DNA of 64,000 nt from Octopus bimaculoides (taxonomy: Eukaryota), in contig NC_068985.1 in the NCBI RefSeq assembly GCF_001194135.2, positions 81,478,639-81,542,638 of the forward strand, given 5' to 3'. This document shows positions 1 through 11,527 of this stretch, in pieces. The notes under the pieces are model-generated. The model searched no databases. It was not told where the DNA came from and saw only the letters and a list, made by a program, of their open reading frames with translations. Position numbers and translations under genes: made by a program. Numbering within the stretch: position 1 is the first letter of the stretch; every line of letters begins with the position of its first letter.

Positions 1-110
1 GGCTGGAGGGTATATCAGCCGAAACGTTGTGTTAACAACAAACAAGATGAGAACAAATATCCGTCAGATGTAAATAATGTACATAATTCCTCATCTCTTA
101 AATATAGAAC
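1..110 (+). mobile_element. 3' part of hammerhead-containing SINE-like element (5' part lies outside the window)
   Basis: Near-identical to 2232-2322: GGCTG-gagggtatat-CAGCC-GAAA-CGTT-GTGTT...AAATATAGAAC. Stem II GGCTG/CAGCC is perfect here; the CTGATGA core would lie just upstream of position 1. Confidence 0.85.
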
Positions 111-1700
111 TGTAAGAAACAGTAAAGTACTGAATTTTTATTTTAACATTCTACATTCAGATTCAACTTAAGTAGCAGCATTTAGTCAATAGGACTACAT
201 AACAGACAATACTAATTTCTTCTAATATTATTTGAGTTTGAGCTAATTAAAGGAATTATTAACTGAATATCAGTAAAAGTGTTAATCAATGAAAAAGATG
301 TGGAAATATTAAACACCATATTTATTTACGTATATGTTCTTTTATTGGAAAACATGGTCGTATGATTTCCATTGTGTAGATTTTACAGGAGGTGCGTTTT
401 TTATAGCTTACATCAGTGAAGTTCAAAGTTCATTTAAAATTTGCTTGACTTTTGTTTCTTTTGTTATATTTCTAATAAAACTCGCTAAAGACTATCTTTT
501 CCATACATCGTAATATTAAGGAAATAATCAGTGCGTATCATACAGGAGAGATATTTTTCCAGGATTTCATTGCCTATAATTAAGGTACATTATACATAAA
601 TATAGTAAATATTATACATAAATATAGTAAAAATCAATACATAAATAAAAGGGAGGAAATAAATAAACAGCTTTTAAATAATATGAAGAAGAGTATAAAA
701 CTAATACAACATAAGTATAATCCTATTTATTTTAAGTTCATTTGTTGTTGATCCTGCCGTTCTTAATTAATATTTTCTCAACTTGAAGTAAAAAATATTA
801 GATTAAGATTATGTCAATATAACAACGAGACAAAACCTTACAAACAACTTTAAAGTTGGAACAAGGTTTCATTTATCTTAAATTTGTTCAGTGTTTGGCT
901 GTTTAAGGATCTGATTATTTTCAGCAATGTTTTTTTGCTCTGCTTGATAAGAATGCTTTGTCTACATACAATCCTTTTTTCAATGTATTCAGTAAAAAAT
1001 TTAGAGCTATTATATAATACTAATTGTCTTAAAGTTATAAGAATTTTTTTTTTTTTTACTAAATCTTTAATGGTGTCTATAAATATTACACAAAAAGCAA
1101 AAATACAAGACAAATGAATTTTTGTGATAGACCGAACTGAAAAACGAAAGGCGACAAACTAAATTATATTTCTGTTGTATCGTGGAATAGAAACATTTGT
1201 TTTCAATTATTTGCTAATAAATGTGCCTCGGCGGTTTTCTCCACACTTCTTTGACTTATTCATGGATTTTTCTGCATTTGTGAGCAGGTTAGAGAAATGT
1301 AATGAATTATCTTGTAACTTATGACCAATTAGAAAAAATATAGAATTGAATAAAACATCATAACCACAGATATTGCATGCTTTTACTTCTTGACAAAATA
1401 CCTTTTCCACAATACAACAATATTTGTTTCAACAAATTAGTTTAGATAAAAAGATTTTGTAAAAATGTACATGAAAAAGAAAAAAAAAACAAGGACTAAT
1501 TAATGTCGCTGATATATTTTATGATGACGGTGATGATAACGACGAGGATGACGATAGCGTTGACGTTGATCACTAAGCTTTTGAGTAAAATTCCACAAAA
1601 TTCAGTTTTGGTTTCCATGGTGGTAGACTTAGTCCATGACATTGTTTCAATTTCAAACCGAACAGTGGACACAATTCAAAACACTCGATGGCATAGACCG

Positions 1701-1893
1701 AAGGTAATGAACCTTTCAACGCAACAGATTCCAATTCTTTCCAAAGGACTAAAGTTTCCCCAAATTTACCACAACATTCCAAATTAATGAAACACAGAAT
1801 GATGTCCAATAATTTCGTAGAAAATTGCGTGTAACTGAAGAATGGTTCGACAAAGAAATTAATTATGAATCAATGCTTCATAATAAAAACAAC
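1701..1893 (+). pseudogene. Penelope-like element ORF N-terminal remnant
   Basis: Translates KVMNLSTQQIPILSKGLKFP...NETQNDVQ*FRRKLRVTEEWF, resembling the PLE N-terminal V-x-NLS...LLSKGLKF-x-P...D-x-x-x-F-x-R-x-LRL pattern; contains stop and frameshift. Confidence 0.55.
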
Positions 1894-2073
1894 TGCAGCC
1901 CGACAAAGCGTTGGAACTAAACGCTGGACACAAATTTTGTGATTTTGTAACCAGTTTTCCTTAATTTATTACTACATCCGAAATTATATGAGCAGTATAT
2001 GGGAACCGGTATTAAGTAAGGATAGGAAAATATTAAATTTTTAAGCCCTATAATTCACTCCATGATTGCCCAT

Positions 2074-2322
2074 GGTCATACAGCATAGTGGTTAAGAGTA
2101 TGGGCTACTAACCCAAAGATTCTGAGTTCGTATTCCAGGCAGTGACCTGAATAACAATAAAAATAATAACATCGAAAAATATCTTAGGAATGAAAACCCA
2201 GGTTCGAAATTTCCCCAAGACACCTGATGAAGGTTGGAGGGTATATCAGCCGAAACGTTGTGTTAACAACAAACAAGATCTGTAAATAAAGTACATAATT
2301 TCTCATCTCTTAAATATAGAAC
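2074..2322 (+). mobile_element. tRNA-headed SINE-like element with internal hammerhead ribozyme
   Basis: Head 2074-2147: acceptor-like GGTCAT/GTGACC, A box CAGCATAGTGG, anticodon arm ATGGG-CT-ACT-AA-CCCAA (tRNA-Ser(GCT)-like), B box GAGTTCGTATTCC. Hammerhead at 2219-2264. 3' end AAATATAGAAC shared with the copy at 1-110. Confidence 0.85.
2219..2264 (+). ncRNA. Minimal type I hammerhead ribozyme (PLE-type, palindromic stem III)
   Basis: Stem I GACAC(2219-2223)/GTGTT(2260-2264); core CTGATGA(2224-2230); extra A; stem II GGTTG(2232-2236)/CAGCC(2247-2251); GAAA(2252-2255); stem III reduced to palindromic ACGT; predicted cleavage after GUU at 2259. Confidence 0.75.
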
Positions 2323-3211
2323 AACATAGGATCTTTTTTTGTTGGCTTCTATATTCATGTTTCTGTTTACCAATATAAATCAGTGCATCGATTTGTATCC
2401 CTTTATCTGAACAGAAATTTAACTTAGCAATTCAGTAAAGAAAAAAAATGTGATCAGTATAAAATAAGAACTGGGGGTCAGTATAATTAACAAAAACATA
2501 TGATGACTATGCCCCTAACATGGTGGCAGTCGTATAACTGAAACCTGTAAATTAATAAAGGCATAAAAGAATATGAATTGCTACTGCCAAAAATTGAACC
2601 TAGGTCTCGTGAATCAAAGCTCAACTCCTTAAATATCTGGTGTGCAGAAAACTTCTATTTAACATTTTCATTGACAAGGTTATACCGTTTTAGCCTTTCC
2701 TGCCAACACCTCTTCCGCTTTCGTATATATTTATTTCTTTAAGAAGATGGGAAAAATAGAAAAATAGAAACAAAAATAAAAATAAAAATAAAAATATTGA
2801 ATAGCTTCCATTTTGGAATATATCTAGACCCTTTCAATCTCCAGTAAGTTTGATCCCCATCAACTTCTATGAACCTCCACCTTTTATTTATATATTTATT
2901 TATCTATTTATGTATTTATTTATTTATTTATTTTCTAACTACTTCTATATGTTTTCTTATCACCTCTGATCTCATTTTATTGGACTTTCTTCCTGCCTTT
3001 GACTTTGAATTTTTCACAACATGGAAGCTTCACCTCACCCATCTTCTCCCTCTCTCTCTATTCCTGTCTTCCTTCTTTCCCAATCTCTTTCTCTCCCCCT
3101 CTCTCTCTCACTCATTCTCTTTCAGCTGACACTACCAGGTACATTATAAAGGGAACCACAAAAAGGTAATATATGTGTGTGTGTGTGTATGTGTGTGTGT
3201 GTGCATACATA

Positions 3212-3242
<31 letters not shown>

Positions 3243-4779
3243 NNNNNNNNNNNNNNNNNNNNNNNNNNNNNNNNNNNNNNNNNNNNNNNNNNNNNNNNNN
3301 NNNNNNNNNNNNNNNNNNNNNNNNNNNNNNNNNNNNNNNNNNNNNNNNNNNNNNNNNNNNNNNNNNNNNNNNNNNNNNNNNNNNNNNNNNNNNNNNNNNN
3401 NNNNNNNNNNNNNNNNNNNNNNNNNNNNNNATACATATATATATATACATACAAGCATATAAATGAATTGGCACATACATACAAGTACAGAGACAGAAAG
3501 AGAAAGAAAGATAATATAACCTTTTTTTCAGTCATCCACTCTGTTAAAAAACAAAATGGAAAACAACAAAAACAACAAAAAACGAAAAACAAAACAAAGT
3601 AAAATAAAAAAAAAAAATCAGAGGTCATAACCTCTCAACTGAGATACTGTCATATTTCTCTTGCCATAAACTACAGCCATTGAACAATCAAGTAAGTGCA
3701 AAGATGCCTGAAGATGCTTATATTCTTTGCTGTGGTGTGTAAGAAGGCAAAAATCAATGAAAGCACTTTGTTCCCACTGTTGTCCCTTTAACAAATACTA
3801 CTTACATGAATGATGATGCATCAGGCAGATTACAGCTATCATTTGTTTTCTTTCCTAAGTAAAAGAGAGTGAAAAGGGGAAGAAAGACAGAGTGAAAAGT
3901 GGGAGTGGGTGAGAGTGAGAGTGAGAGCAGTATCAGCAGCAAAAAGATTATTGCTGTTGTATCTGCGACATATCAGTTCAGAAGCATAAAGGAGTTAGAA
4001 ATGTAATAGTAAACCCTGCAGAAGCTGAAGTAAAATAAGCATATATGTGTATGTGTGTGTATGCATGTGATGACATTACATGCATACATACATACATACA
4101 TACATACATACATACATACATACACACATACATACATACATACATACGTTCATACATACATATATANNNNNNNNNNNNNNNNNNNNNNNNNNNNNNNNNN
4201 NNNNNNNNNNNNNNNNNNNNNNNNNNNNNNNNNNNNNNNNNNNNNNNNNNNNNNNNNNNNNNNNNNNNNNNNNNNNNNNNNNNNNNNNNNNNNNNNNNNN
4301 NNNNNNNNNNNNNNNNNNNNNNNNNNNNNNNNNNNNNNNNNNNNNNNNNNNNNNNNNNNNNNNNNNNNNNNNNNNNNNNNNNNNNNNNNNNNNNNNNNNN
4401 NNNNNNNNNNNNNNNNNNNNNNNNNNNNNNNNNNNNNNNNNNNNNNNNNNNNNNNNNNNNNNNNNNNNNNNNNNNNNNNNNNNNNNNNNNNNNNNNNNNN
4501 NNNNNNNNNNNNNNNNNNNNNNNNNNNNNNNNNNNNNNNNNNNNNNNNNNNNNNNNNNNNNNNNNNNNNNNNNNNNNNNNNNATGTATATGCATATAAAA
4601 TCATTTTAACAATTAGATATCTTCAAAAGAATTACTAGTAAGCCTGGAAAATATGCAAATTGAATATTATCGCATTATATAATTTGTTTATGCAAAAGCT
4701 TTCTAAAAATGCATACATACATATTGTATGTATGTATGTACGTATGTATGTATGTATATATATGCATATATTACACACA

Positions 4780-4823
<44 letters not shown>

Positions 4824-5426
4824 CACACACACACACACGAACACACATGCATGTATATATATATATATATAGGCAAAAGAAAAGAAAATACAAAATACAT
4901 ATTTTTGTATAAATTCTAATTCTAAATAAGACATGATGCAAAGACCAGTAACAACAACCATAAACATCATTTTTAAAAAAAATGAATTCAAAGTATACCT
5001 TCCTCAAGGAATAATGTAAGATTAACTATTTATTATCCAAATTAAACATATTAAAAAGGAAAAAACATATTTACTTTTATTGATATTTTGCCAACATTCT
5101 CAATTTAATCTGTATATTTGCATTCTGCCAAGAGGCAGCCTTTCTCCTAAAATGTCTGCCAGATGCTGACAACAAAGGCATTACAGTAACAAAATTCAAT
5201 TAGATTTAAATTCAAACTCTTGATCATGGCACACCTTACTTGTAAGTGTTTCATAATCTAAAATCCACTCTTTCACTTTTCTATTGTTATTGCCTGCTCA
5301 TATTTTCTTATTTAAGTTTTCTCCTTCTTTACCTAATAATATAAACCTACCAACCAATTTTCATATGATTAATTCAACCAAAGTGCACACATATGCATGC
5401 ACACACACGCACACACACACACACAT

Positions 5427-5470
<44 letters not shown>

Positions 5471-5925
5471 ATGCCAAATGTATTAAGATACATTTGGCAT
5501 ATATTTATAATCACAATTTCATAAGGAAACATATAGCTTATAGAGGCATAAACACATATATACAATCATATACAATTCTGCATGCTTGTATATGTCTTTA
5601 TATGCTTGTGTGTGTGTGTAATTATTTGTGTATTTGTGAGTATATTTATGTGTGTGTTTATGTGTATCATTATGCAAGATTGCAAGATTTTCCATGTACA
5701 CCTTTCAAGCTATTGGAATCACACCCACAAGCTTTTCCTTTACAGTTTGTCGAAATGTTTCTCATAAGAACTCTTTTGTGTAATTTGCTCCTCCTCCTTC
5801 CTTTTAAATCATTAATATTTCTTTCTTCAAACATTTCTACCTCTCCTTTATACATACATACATATGTATATACATATTCATACATACATATGTTATATAT
5901 ATATCTGTGTGTGTGTGCGTGTGTG

Positions 5926-5961
<36 letters not shown>

Positions 5962-5969
5962 TCTATACA

Positions 5970-6003
<34 letters not shown>

Positions 6004-6027
6004 AATATATTTATATATATATATATG

Positions 6028-6070
<43 letters not shown>

Positions 6071-6613
6071 ACACAAGACTTTTTCTTTCTTAACAACTTT
6101 AAAAGAAAATATTTTCCACCTCACCTCATAATCTGAAAACCTGTATGATTTAACAACATCCCATTTCTAAAAAATGTACCAAGGTTAGCATCCATACGAG
6201 TTTTGCTGCTTTTGTCAACATTTACTATAATATTTATTGTTATTCAATAAATGTTTTCAAAGTATGTTACAAAAGCTCGGTTGGTGCTTCGCTCTGCGAG
6301 TGAAAAAGTTTCACTTATGCTTTCATAACAAAAATGCTTCTAGTTTATTACCCTTTCTCAGCACACACTTTTGTTGTGTATACATACATAAATACAATAA
6401 TTCATACATACATACATACATACATACACACATACATAAATACATACATACATACATACATATATACATGCATGCATACAAGCATGCATACATATGTACA
6501 TATATGAATGCATAAATAAAGGCATGTCTATTATGAATATGCATTTATACACACAAATACAATAAACATAAATTAATAGTTCTTTATGTCTTCAGAAATT
6601 GCGTATATGTATG

Positions 6614-6722
6614 CATCATCATCATCATCATCATCATCATCATTGTAGTTGTGAACATTATCATCATTGTTGCCATCATAACCATCATCATTGCAGCTGT
6701 CATCGTCATCATCATCATCATG
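6614..6722. repeat. (CAT)n-rich microsatellite
   Basis: Direct reading of CATCATCAT runs with interruptions. Confidence 0.9.
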
Positions 6723-7275
6723 AGTGGATGAAATTTCCTTCAATATATTGGTATCTTAAAAAACATTGAATTGAACACACACACACACACACACACACAC
6801 TCATATATAAATGCATACACACACACACACTCATATATAAATGCATACACACACACTCATATATACATGCATACACACACACTCTCACTTACACCACCCC
6901 ACCCTGAACTCAAATCCTTTCATACTCTTTTAGAAATAAAGGATACAGACAATATAGCACTTTTCTACATCAGGTAATAATGTACTCCTAGATACTTTGT
7001 CCTCAACCCTCAACTCCTGATGGACTTGAAGGTGCACCAACATGTCATATAGTGTATCTGGTGGAGGAGAGCAGGGAGAAGAAAGATAGACCTCATTTTC
7101 AGACTGGAACTTTATCAAAAGATGGAAAACAGAATTGACACTGGTTGGATGTGAGACTGGAACAAATACAGCAAAGCATTCTGATAACACATTGACTTGT
7201 TATGCTCGACTTGAGGCACAAAAACGGAGAGGTCATGGCTGGAATACTTATGTTTACAAGTCTTTGATAAAGGGT

Positions 7276-7608
7276 AAAGACCCCTTCAGACATGATTGAT
7301 CATGGGATTGCACTTAGAAAATTACCCTCAGAGGCACAAGTCTGGGCAAGGTTGTTTATAGAAGATCAGCAGTGCCCATGCATACCGGCCTCCCCTCTCC
7401 ACGCCACCGATGTTATCCTAGGGAAAGGCAAAGCCCGATACAGCTTGAGACCAGTGATGTTGCAATTCATTTTTACAGTTGAGTAAACTGGAGCAATATG
7501 AAATAAAATGTTTCGCTCAAGAATACAACACACAGCCCCATCCAGGAATCGGACTCTCTACCTCACGATTGTGAGCCTGAAGCTCTAACCATTGAGCAGT
7601 GCACCCTT
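7276..7608 (-). mobile_element. tRNA-headed CORE-like SINE, copy 1 of tandem pair
   Basis: Reverse complement shows a tRNA-like head followed by a CTTGAGCGAAAC...ATTGCTCCAG CORE-like segment; homologous to 7628-7965 along its length. Confidence 0.8.
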
Positions 7609-7627
7609 ACATCATATATACATGTAT

Positions 7628-7965
7628 AAAGAACCCCTTCAGTTATGATTGACCATGGGATTGCACCTAAAAATTTACCTTCCAAGGCACAAGTCCAGGC
7701 AAGGTTGTTCTATAGAAGACCAGAAATCGCCCATGCATACCAGCCTCCCCTCTTCGTGCCACTGATGTTATCCAAGAGAAAACAATGATGGCCGATACAG
7801 CTCGGCACCAGTGACATCGCACCGCATTTCTACCGCTGAATGAACTAGAGCAATGTGAAATAAAGTGTCTTGCTCAAGAGAGCACAACACACAGCCCAGT
7901 CCGGGAATCGAACTCATTACTTCATGATTGTGAGCCTGACGCTTTAACTTAGCCATGCACCTTCA
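7628..7965 (-). mobile_element. tRNA-headed CORE-like SINE, copy 2 of tandem pair
   Basis: Minus strand: TGAAGGTGCATGGCT...GAGTTCGATTCCC (B box)...TGTGCTCTCTTGAGCAAGACACTTTATTTCAC (CORE-like). Confidence 0.85.
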
Positions 7966-8058
7966 AGTTCACGAAACTAGTTTCACAAGTCTAACCATGA
8001 TTAAAATCAACCTTCATATAAATTCAGGGTAAATATGTACAACATTCAGTTCACCAAC

Positions 8059-8094
8059 CTAGGAAAACCTTTAGAGAGTCCAGGCAGCAACTTT
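8059..8094 (-). CDS. Candidate 36-nt micro-exon (KLLPGLSKGFP), host gene unknown
   Basis: Minus strand ttattttttcactctaaccag|AAAGTTGCTGCCTGGACTCTCTAAAGGTTTTCCTAG|gttggt; phase 2-2. Confidence 0.4.
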
Positions 8095-8275
8095 CTGGTT
8101 AGAGTGAAAAAATAATAAATGTACAACAAATTAGGATTTAATTTTGCTAATATATAATACTCTGTAATTAGCAGAAATCTGGATAGCATAAGTCTGATGA
8201 CTGATTTCTTTACTACTTCGGTAGACTGAAAAATGCAAATTCAGGATAAATATCTACAACATTTAGTTCACTAAC

Positions 8276-8311
8276 CTAGGAAAACCTGTAATGGATCCAG
8301 GTATCAACTTT
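8276..8311 (-). CDS. Candidate 36-nt micro-exon (KLIPGSITGFP), paralog of 8059-8094
   Basis: Minus strand ttcttctattatttttccattccatccag|AAAGTTGATACCTGGATCCATTACAGGTTTTCCTAG|gttagt; only one frame is open in both copies. Confidence 0.42.
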   Translation of the reverse strand, partial: KVDTWIHYRFS

Positions 8312-9332
8312 CTGGATGGAATGGAAAAATAATAGAAGAATATTAAAAGTACATAAAAAAGGTTGCTAATATACTGCACATTGTAATGAGCAGAAATCTG
8401 GATAACATATGCTTCATGGCATAGAATTCTTTAAAACTTCAGTAAACTGAAAAAAAGTGAGGTTTGAAAATGAAAATAATTTTAATTCTAAAATAACGAT
8501 GTGTATAAATTTATAATGTATATACTAACGCGATGTGGCACTAGGTACGATAATTTGTCTCATAGAAACTTCTTTTAAGATGTTTTTTGTGTTAAAAATA
8601 TAGTTCTCTCTCATAATGATGTCAGTGGATTGTCAAACACTGATATTTCAGCTTTATTTAGGCTCCTCGTGGGGTGGACTCTCATGGTAATTGTGAGCTA
8701 AGTCAGAACTTTTATATTGATAAAGAAATCAGCAAACAAAATATGCACTGGACAGGATTGAGAATGTCCGGGTGTTATCATTAAGGTGAAACAGCAGCGT
8801 CTGATGATCCACTGGTATCAATCTGTGAGAGTTATTTTCTTTAACACACAATCTCTCTGAGACAAAATATTCCTGTCTACGTTTATGCATACATTATAAT
8901 TGTTAAACATATCATTATGTTAATCTGTTACTGTTTCGAGAGCATATTTTGACTTAACCCATATTTGCCCATAAAAAAATTTCACTGAATTTAGATTAAA
9001 CGTTATGGTAAACTTTCACAATCTGGAAGGGAGGGACAGCATGCAACTGTTAGCTACGGGTGTCGACTACCTACTGTACATTTCATATACTTAGTCAGAT
9101 GCTTCTCGGCGAGTTCATATCCAAACAAGTAGGGGTAAGTTTTGCGTTGCGAAAACGCAAGCCAGAGAATATTGTGATTGCTGATTTCTTTATTAAAACG
9201 AAAGTTCCAGCCTTGCTTAGAATAGCTGGTGGTACTCATCACTGAAGAGGTTAAATGAAACTGAAAAATCCTGTGTCATATGACGCATAACGTCAGTCTG
9301 AACGAGCTGTTTTATGTATGCATATTGATGTA

Positions 9333-9422
9333 ATAAAGCTTTGGTCAACTGGTGCTATAGCAGAAGACTCTTGGCAAAGGTGCCATGCTGGGAAGCAAAC
9401 TACGTAACTACACAGCCATGCC

Positions 9423-9423
<1 letters not shown>
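9333..9423 (-). mobile_element. Degenerate 5' half of composite tRNA-CORE SINE
   Basis: Similar to the reverse complement of 36071-36196 (AAAGCTTTGGTC...CTATAGCAGAAGAC..TGGCAAAGGTGCCA...ACACAGCCA). Confidence 0.6.
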
Positions 9424-9465
<42 letters not shown>

Positions 9466-9639
9466 GCGTGTGTACGTGCGTGTATATATATGTGTGTGGG
9501 GGATGTTGATATTTCACAGCTTGTCATTGCTTGAGTGAAATGTGCTGTCTTGATGTTTGTATTCTTTTGTTGATATTGCAACTGATCACTCTGCACTTTT
9601 GAAGACTCGTGGGATCAAAGAAATCCTTGACTTGAAAAG

Positions 9640-9750
9640 ACAGGTTAAGGGTGGTAGCAAGAAAAGCATCTAGCCATAAAATCCTGCCTCAAATAAGTCA
9701 TTGTCTACCCCATGATTGCATGGAAAAACAAACATTAGATGAATGAATAC
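9640..9750 (+). mobile_element. SINE fragment with V-domain-like segment
   Basis: GGTGGTAGCAAGAAAAGCATCTAGCCATAAAA resembles the recalled V-SINE motif GGCGACAGGAAGGGCATCCGGCCGTAAAA; degenerate. Confidence 0.4.
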
Positions 9751-9818
9751 ACGATAAGACTTCAAATATATATCTATGGAAAATAATACATTGCTACAAA
9801 TTTCCAACCTAGGTAATA

Positions 9819-10365
9819 TCTATCAAAGGAGAGTGCAATCTTACAATAATTCTGCGTGTCATTCCGTTACTTAGCCTGTCCGTAACGCTTCCACGTGATT
9901 AGTTGAATGGAAGAGGCGAAGGATGAGAGAGGGGGAGATGGGAGGGATGGGAGATGGGAGGGATGGGAGGTGGAGTGGGGAGGAAGAGGTTGTGGCGTGT
10001 GAAATATGCAATTTTGTTTCAGAACTAGTTTTTTTTCTCCGTTACTTAACCCGTCTGTAACGTAATTAGTTGAAGGGAAAGGCGAAGAGCGAAAGAAAAA
10101 AAGAGAAAGAAAAAGAGGGTAAGGCGAGGAGTGAATGAGAAAGAAGAAGAAGAGTGCCGTGTATCAAGTCTATAGACTTATGCATAAAGTATATAAAGTG
10201 TTTATATAAAGTGCATTAAGTAATCATCGTATTCCAATTTTTTTCACTTTTCAATGAGTAGCAGACACAATACAGGCTACGCTCTCAGGGTTTTTAAATA
10301 AATTTTTCAGAAATGATCCAATAAATTTACCATTAATTCCGTGAAATATTCACGGGTCCCGCTAA
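9819..10365 (+). mobile_element. Complete non-autonomous Helitron (547 bp)
   Basis: Inserted between A(9818) and T(10366); 5' TC; 3' hairpin CCGTGAA-ata-TTCACGG (10339-10355) followed by CTAA (CTRR, 10362-10365); no TSD; internal 175-bp-period core plus purine-tract duplication. Confidence 0.85.
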
Positions 10366-10417
10366 TGAATAAATAACAGGCTAATAATAACATTTAGTGT
10401 AAGAATATAAAAACTAT

Positions 10418-10730
10418 GAGGACTCATGGCCTAGTGGTTAGGTATCACGATTTCACAATCGTGGTTTCAATTCTTAGAGCAGGTGGTGCACTGTGTTCTT
10501 GAGCAAAACACTTCATCTTACACTGCTCTGCGATCACTTCGACTCGTAGTACACCGTACACCTGTTCAGGCAACGTCGATTTGACGGAGGGAGTGAGCTA
10601 ATGTACAGCACATACATTTGGTCACTATAAACAAATCATTTGTGCAGGTCGGTCGGCAAAGCTGCATATACATACGCTGTCCTCACCGAGAAAGTCCGTC
10701 GTAAAACCTATAGGGCGTGATGTTAATAAC
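10418..10730 (+). mobile_element. tRNA-headed CORE-like SINE
   Basis: A box TGGCCTAGTGG, B-box-like GGTTTCAATTCT, CORE-like TGTGTTCTTGAGCAAAACACTTCATCT. Confidence 0.75.
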
Positions 10731-11475
10731 CCGAATACATAAAATGCTTACTTAAATATATATATACATGCATATATATATATCTTTAACCCTTACCGAG
10801 TTCTCATACTGGATATATGCGACGCAGTAAATATTCTCTGCAGACATATTCCTGGAATTAGCGCGCCAAAACGAAGACTTTTGAATTTTACCATTAAGCT
10901 GTAATTAGCAGAACCATATACACGCGCACCTATGGCGGTGGGCAACTTTGTATGGGGTTCTGATGATTATGGCTCCATTACAAATCAGGTTGAAGAGAAA
11001 TAGACAGTCGGTAAGATTGTTAAATTTTGAAACCGGTCCCTGTTTAATAATGTTTCTTTTCGGTGATTTTAAATATCTTGCCCGCTTACGTTTTGGTATC
11101 ACGCTATATTTCATGTTAAGAACAATTTAGGTCTTATTAGACACAAGATGTGATCTATTTCTAGNNNNNNNNNNNNNNNNNNNNNNNNNNNNNNNNNNNN
11201 NNNNNNNNNNNNNNNNNNNNNNNNNNNNNNNNNNNNNNNNNNNNNNNNNNNNNNNNNNNNNNNNNNNNNNNNNNNNNNNNNNNNNNNNNNNNNNNNNNNN
11301 NNNNNNNNNNNNNNNNNNNNNNNNNNNNNNNNNNNNNNNNNNNNNNNNNNNNNNNNNNNNNNNNNNNNNNNNNNNNNNNNNNNNNNNNNNNNNNNNNNNN
11401 NNNNNNNNNNNNNNNNNNNNNNNNNNNNNNNNNNNNNNNNNNNNNNNNNNNNNNNNNNNNNNNNNNNNNNNNNNN

Positions 11476-11527
<52 letters not shown>

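Larger units (their letters stand above)
8020..8456. repeat. Diverged 217-bp tandem duplication (2 units)
   Basis: AAATTCAGG(G/A)TAAATAT at 8020 and 8237; shared CTAGGAAAACCT, CAACTTTCTGG and AGCAGAAATCTGGATA blocks. Confidence 0.9.

Noticed and set aside
588-640. 22-bp tandem repeat x2.5 (also a 15-bp duplication at ~12630-12658)
   Set aside because: Ordinary AT-rich slippage duplications with no further structure.
850-1410. Minus-strand ORFs faintly resembling PLE RT motifs (FIDTI, FNSIFFL)
   Set aside because: Similarity is too weak to support without an HMM search.
2074-2147. Possible functional tRNA-Ser(ACT) gene, and other tRNA-like heads
   Set aside because: It lacks the long variable arm of tRNA-Ser, has an atypical anticodon and an irregular T-arm, and is fused to a repeat body; treated as a SINE head.
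3126-3854. Short splice-bounded segments (3126-3165 +, 3679-3693 +, 3806-3854 -)
   Set aside because: They lie on conflicting strands, cannot be chained in frame, and their acceptors derive from CT microsatellites; compatible with chance.
2869-6552. Dozens of long ORFs in the ORF track (here and throughout the window, e.g. 28435-29355, 36005-36834, 59608-59959)
   Set aside because: They are translations of (CA)n/(TA)n/(TATG)n microsatellites and N gaps (HT, YI, CV and X runs); no coding evidence.
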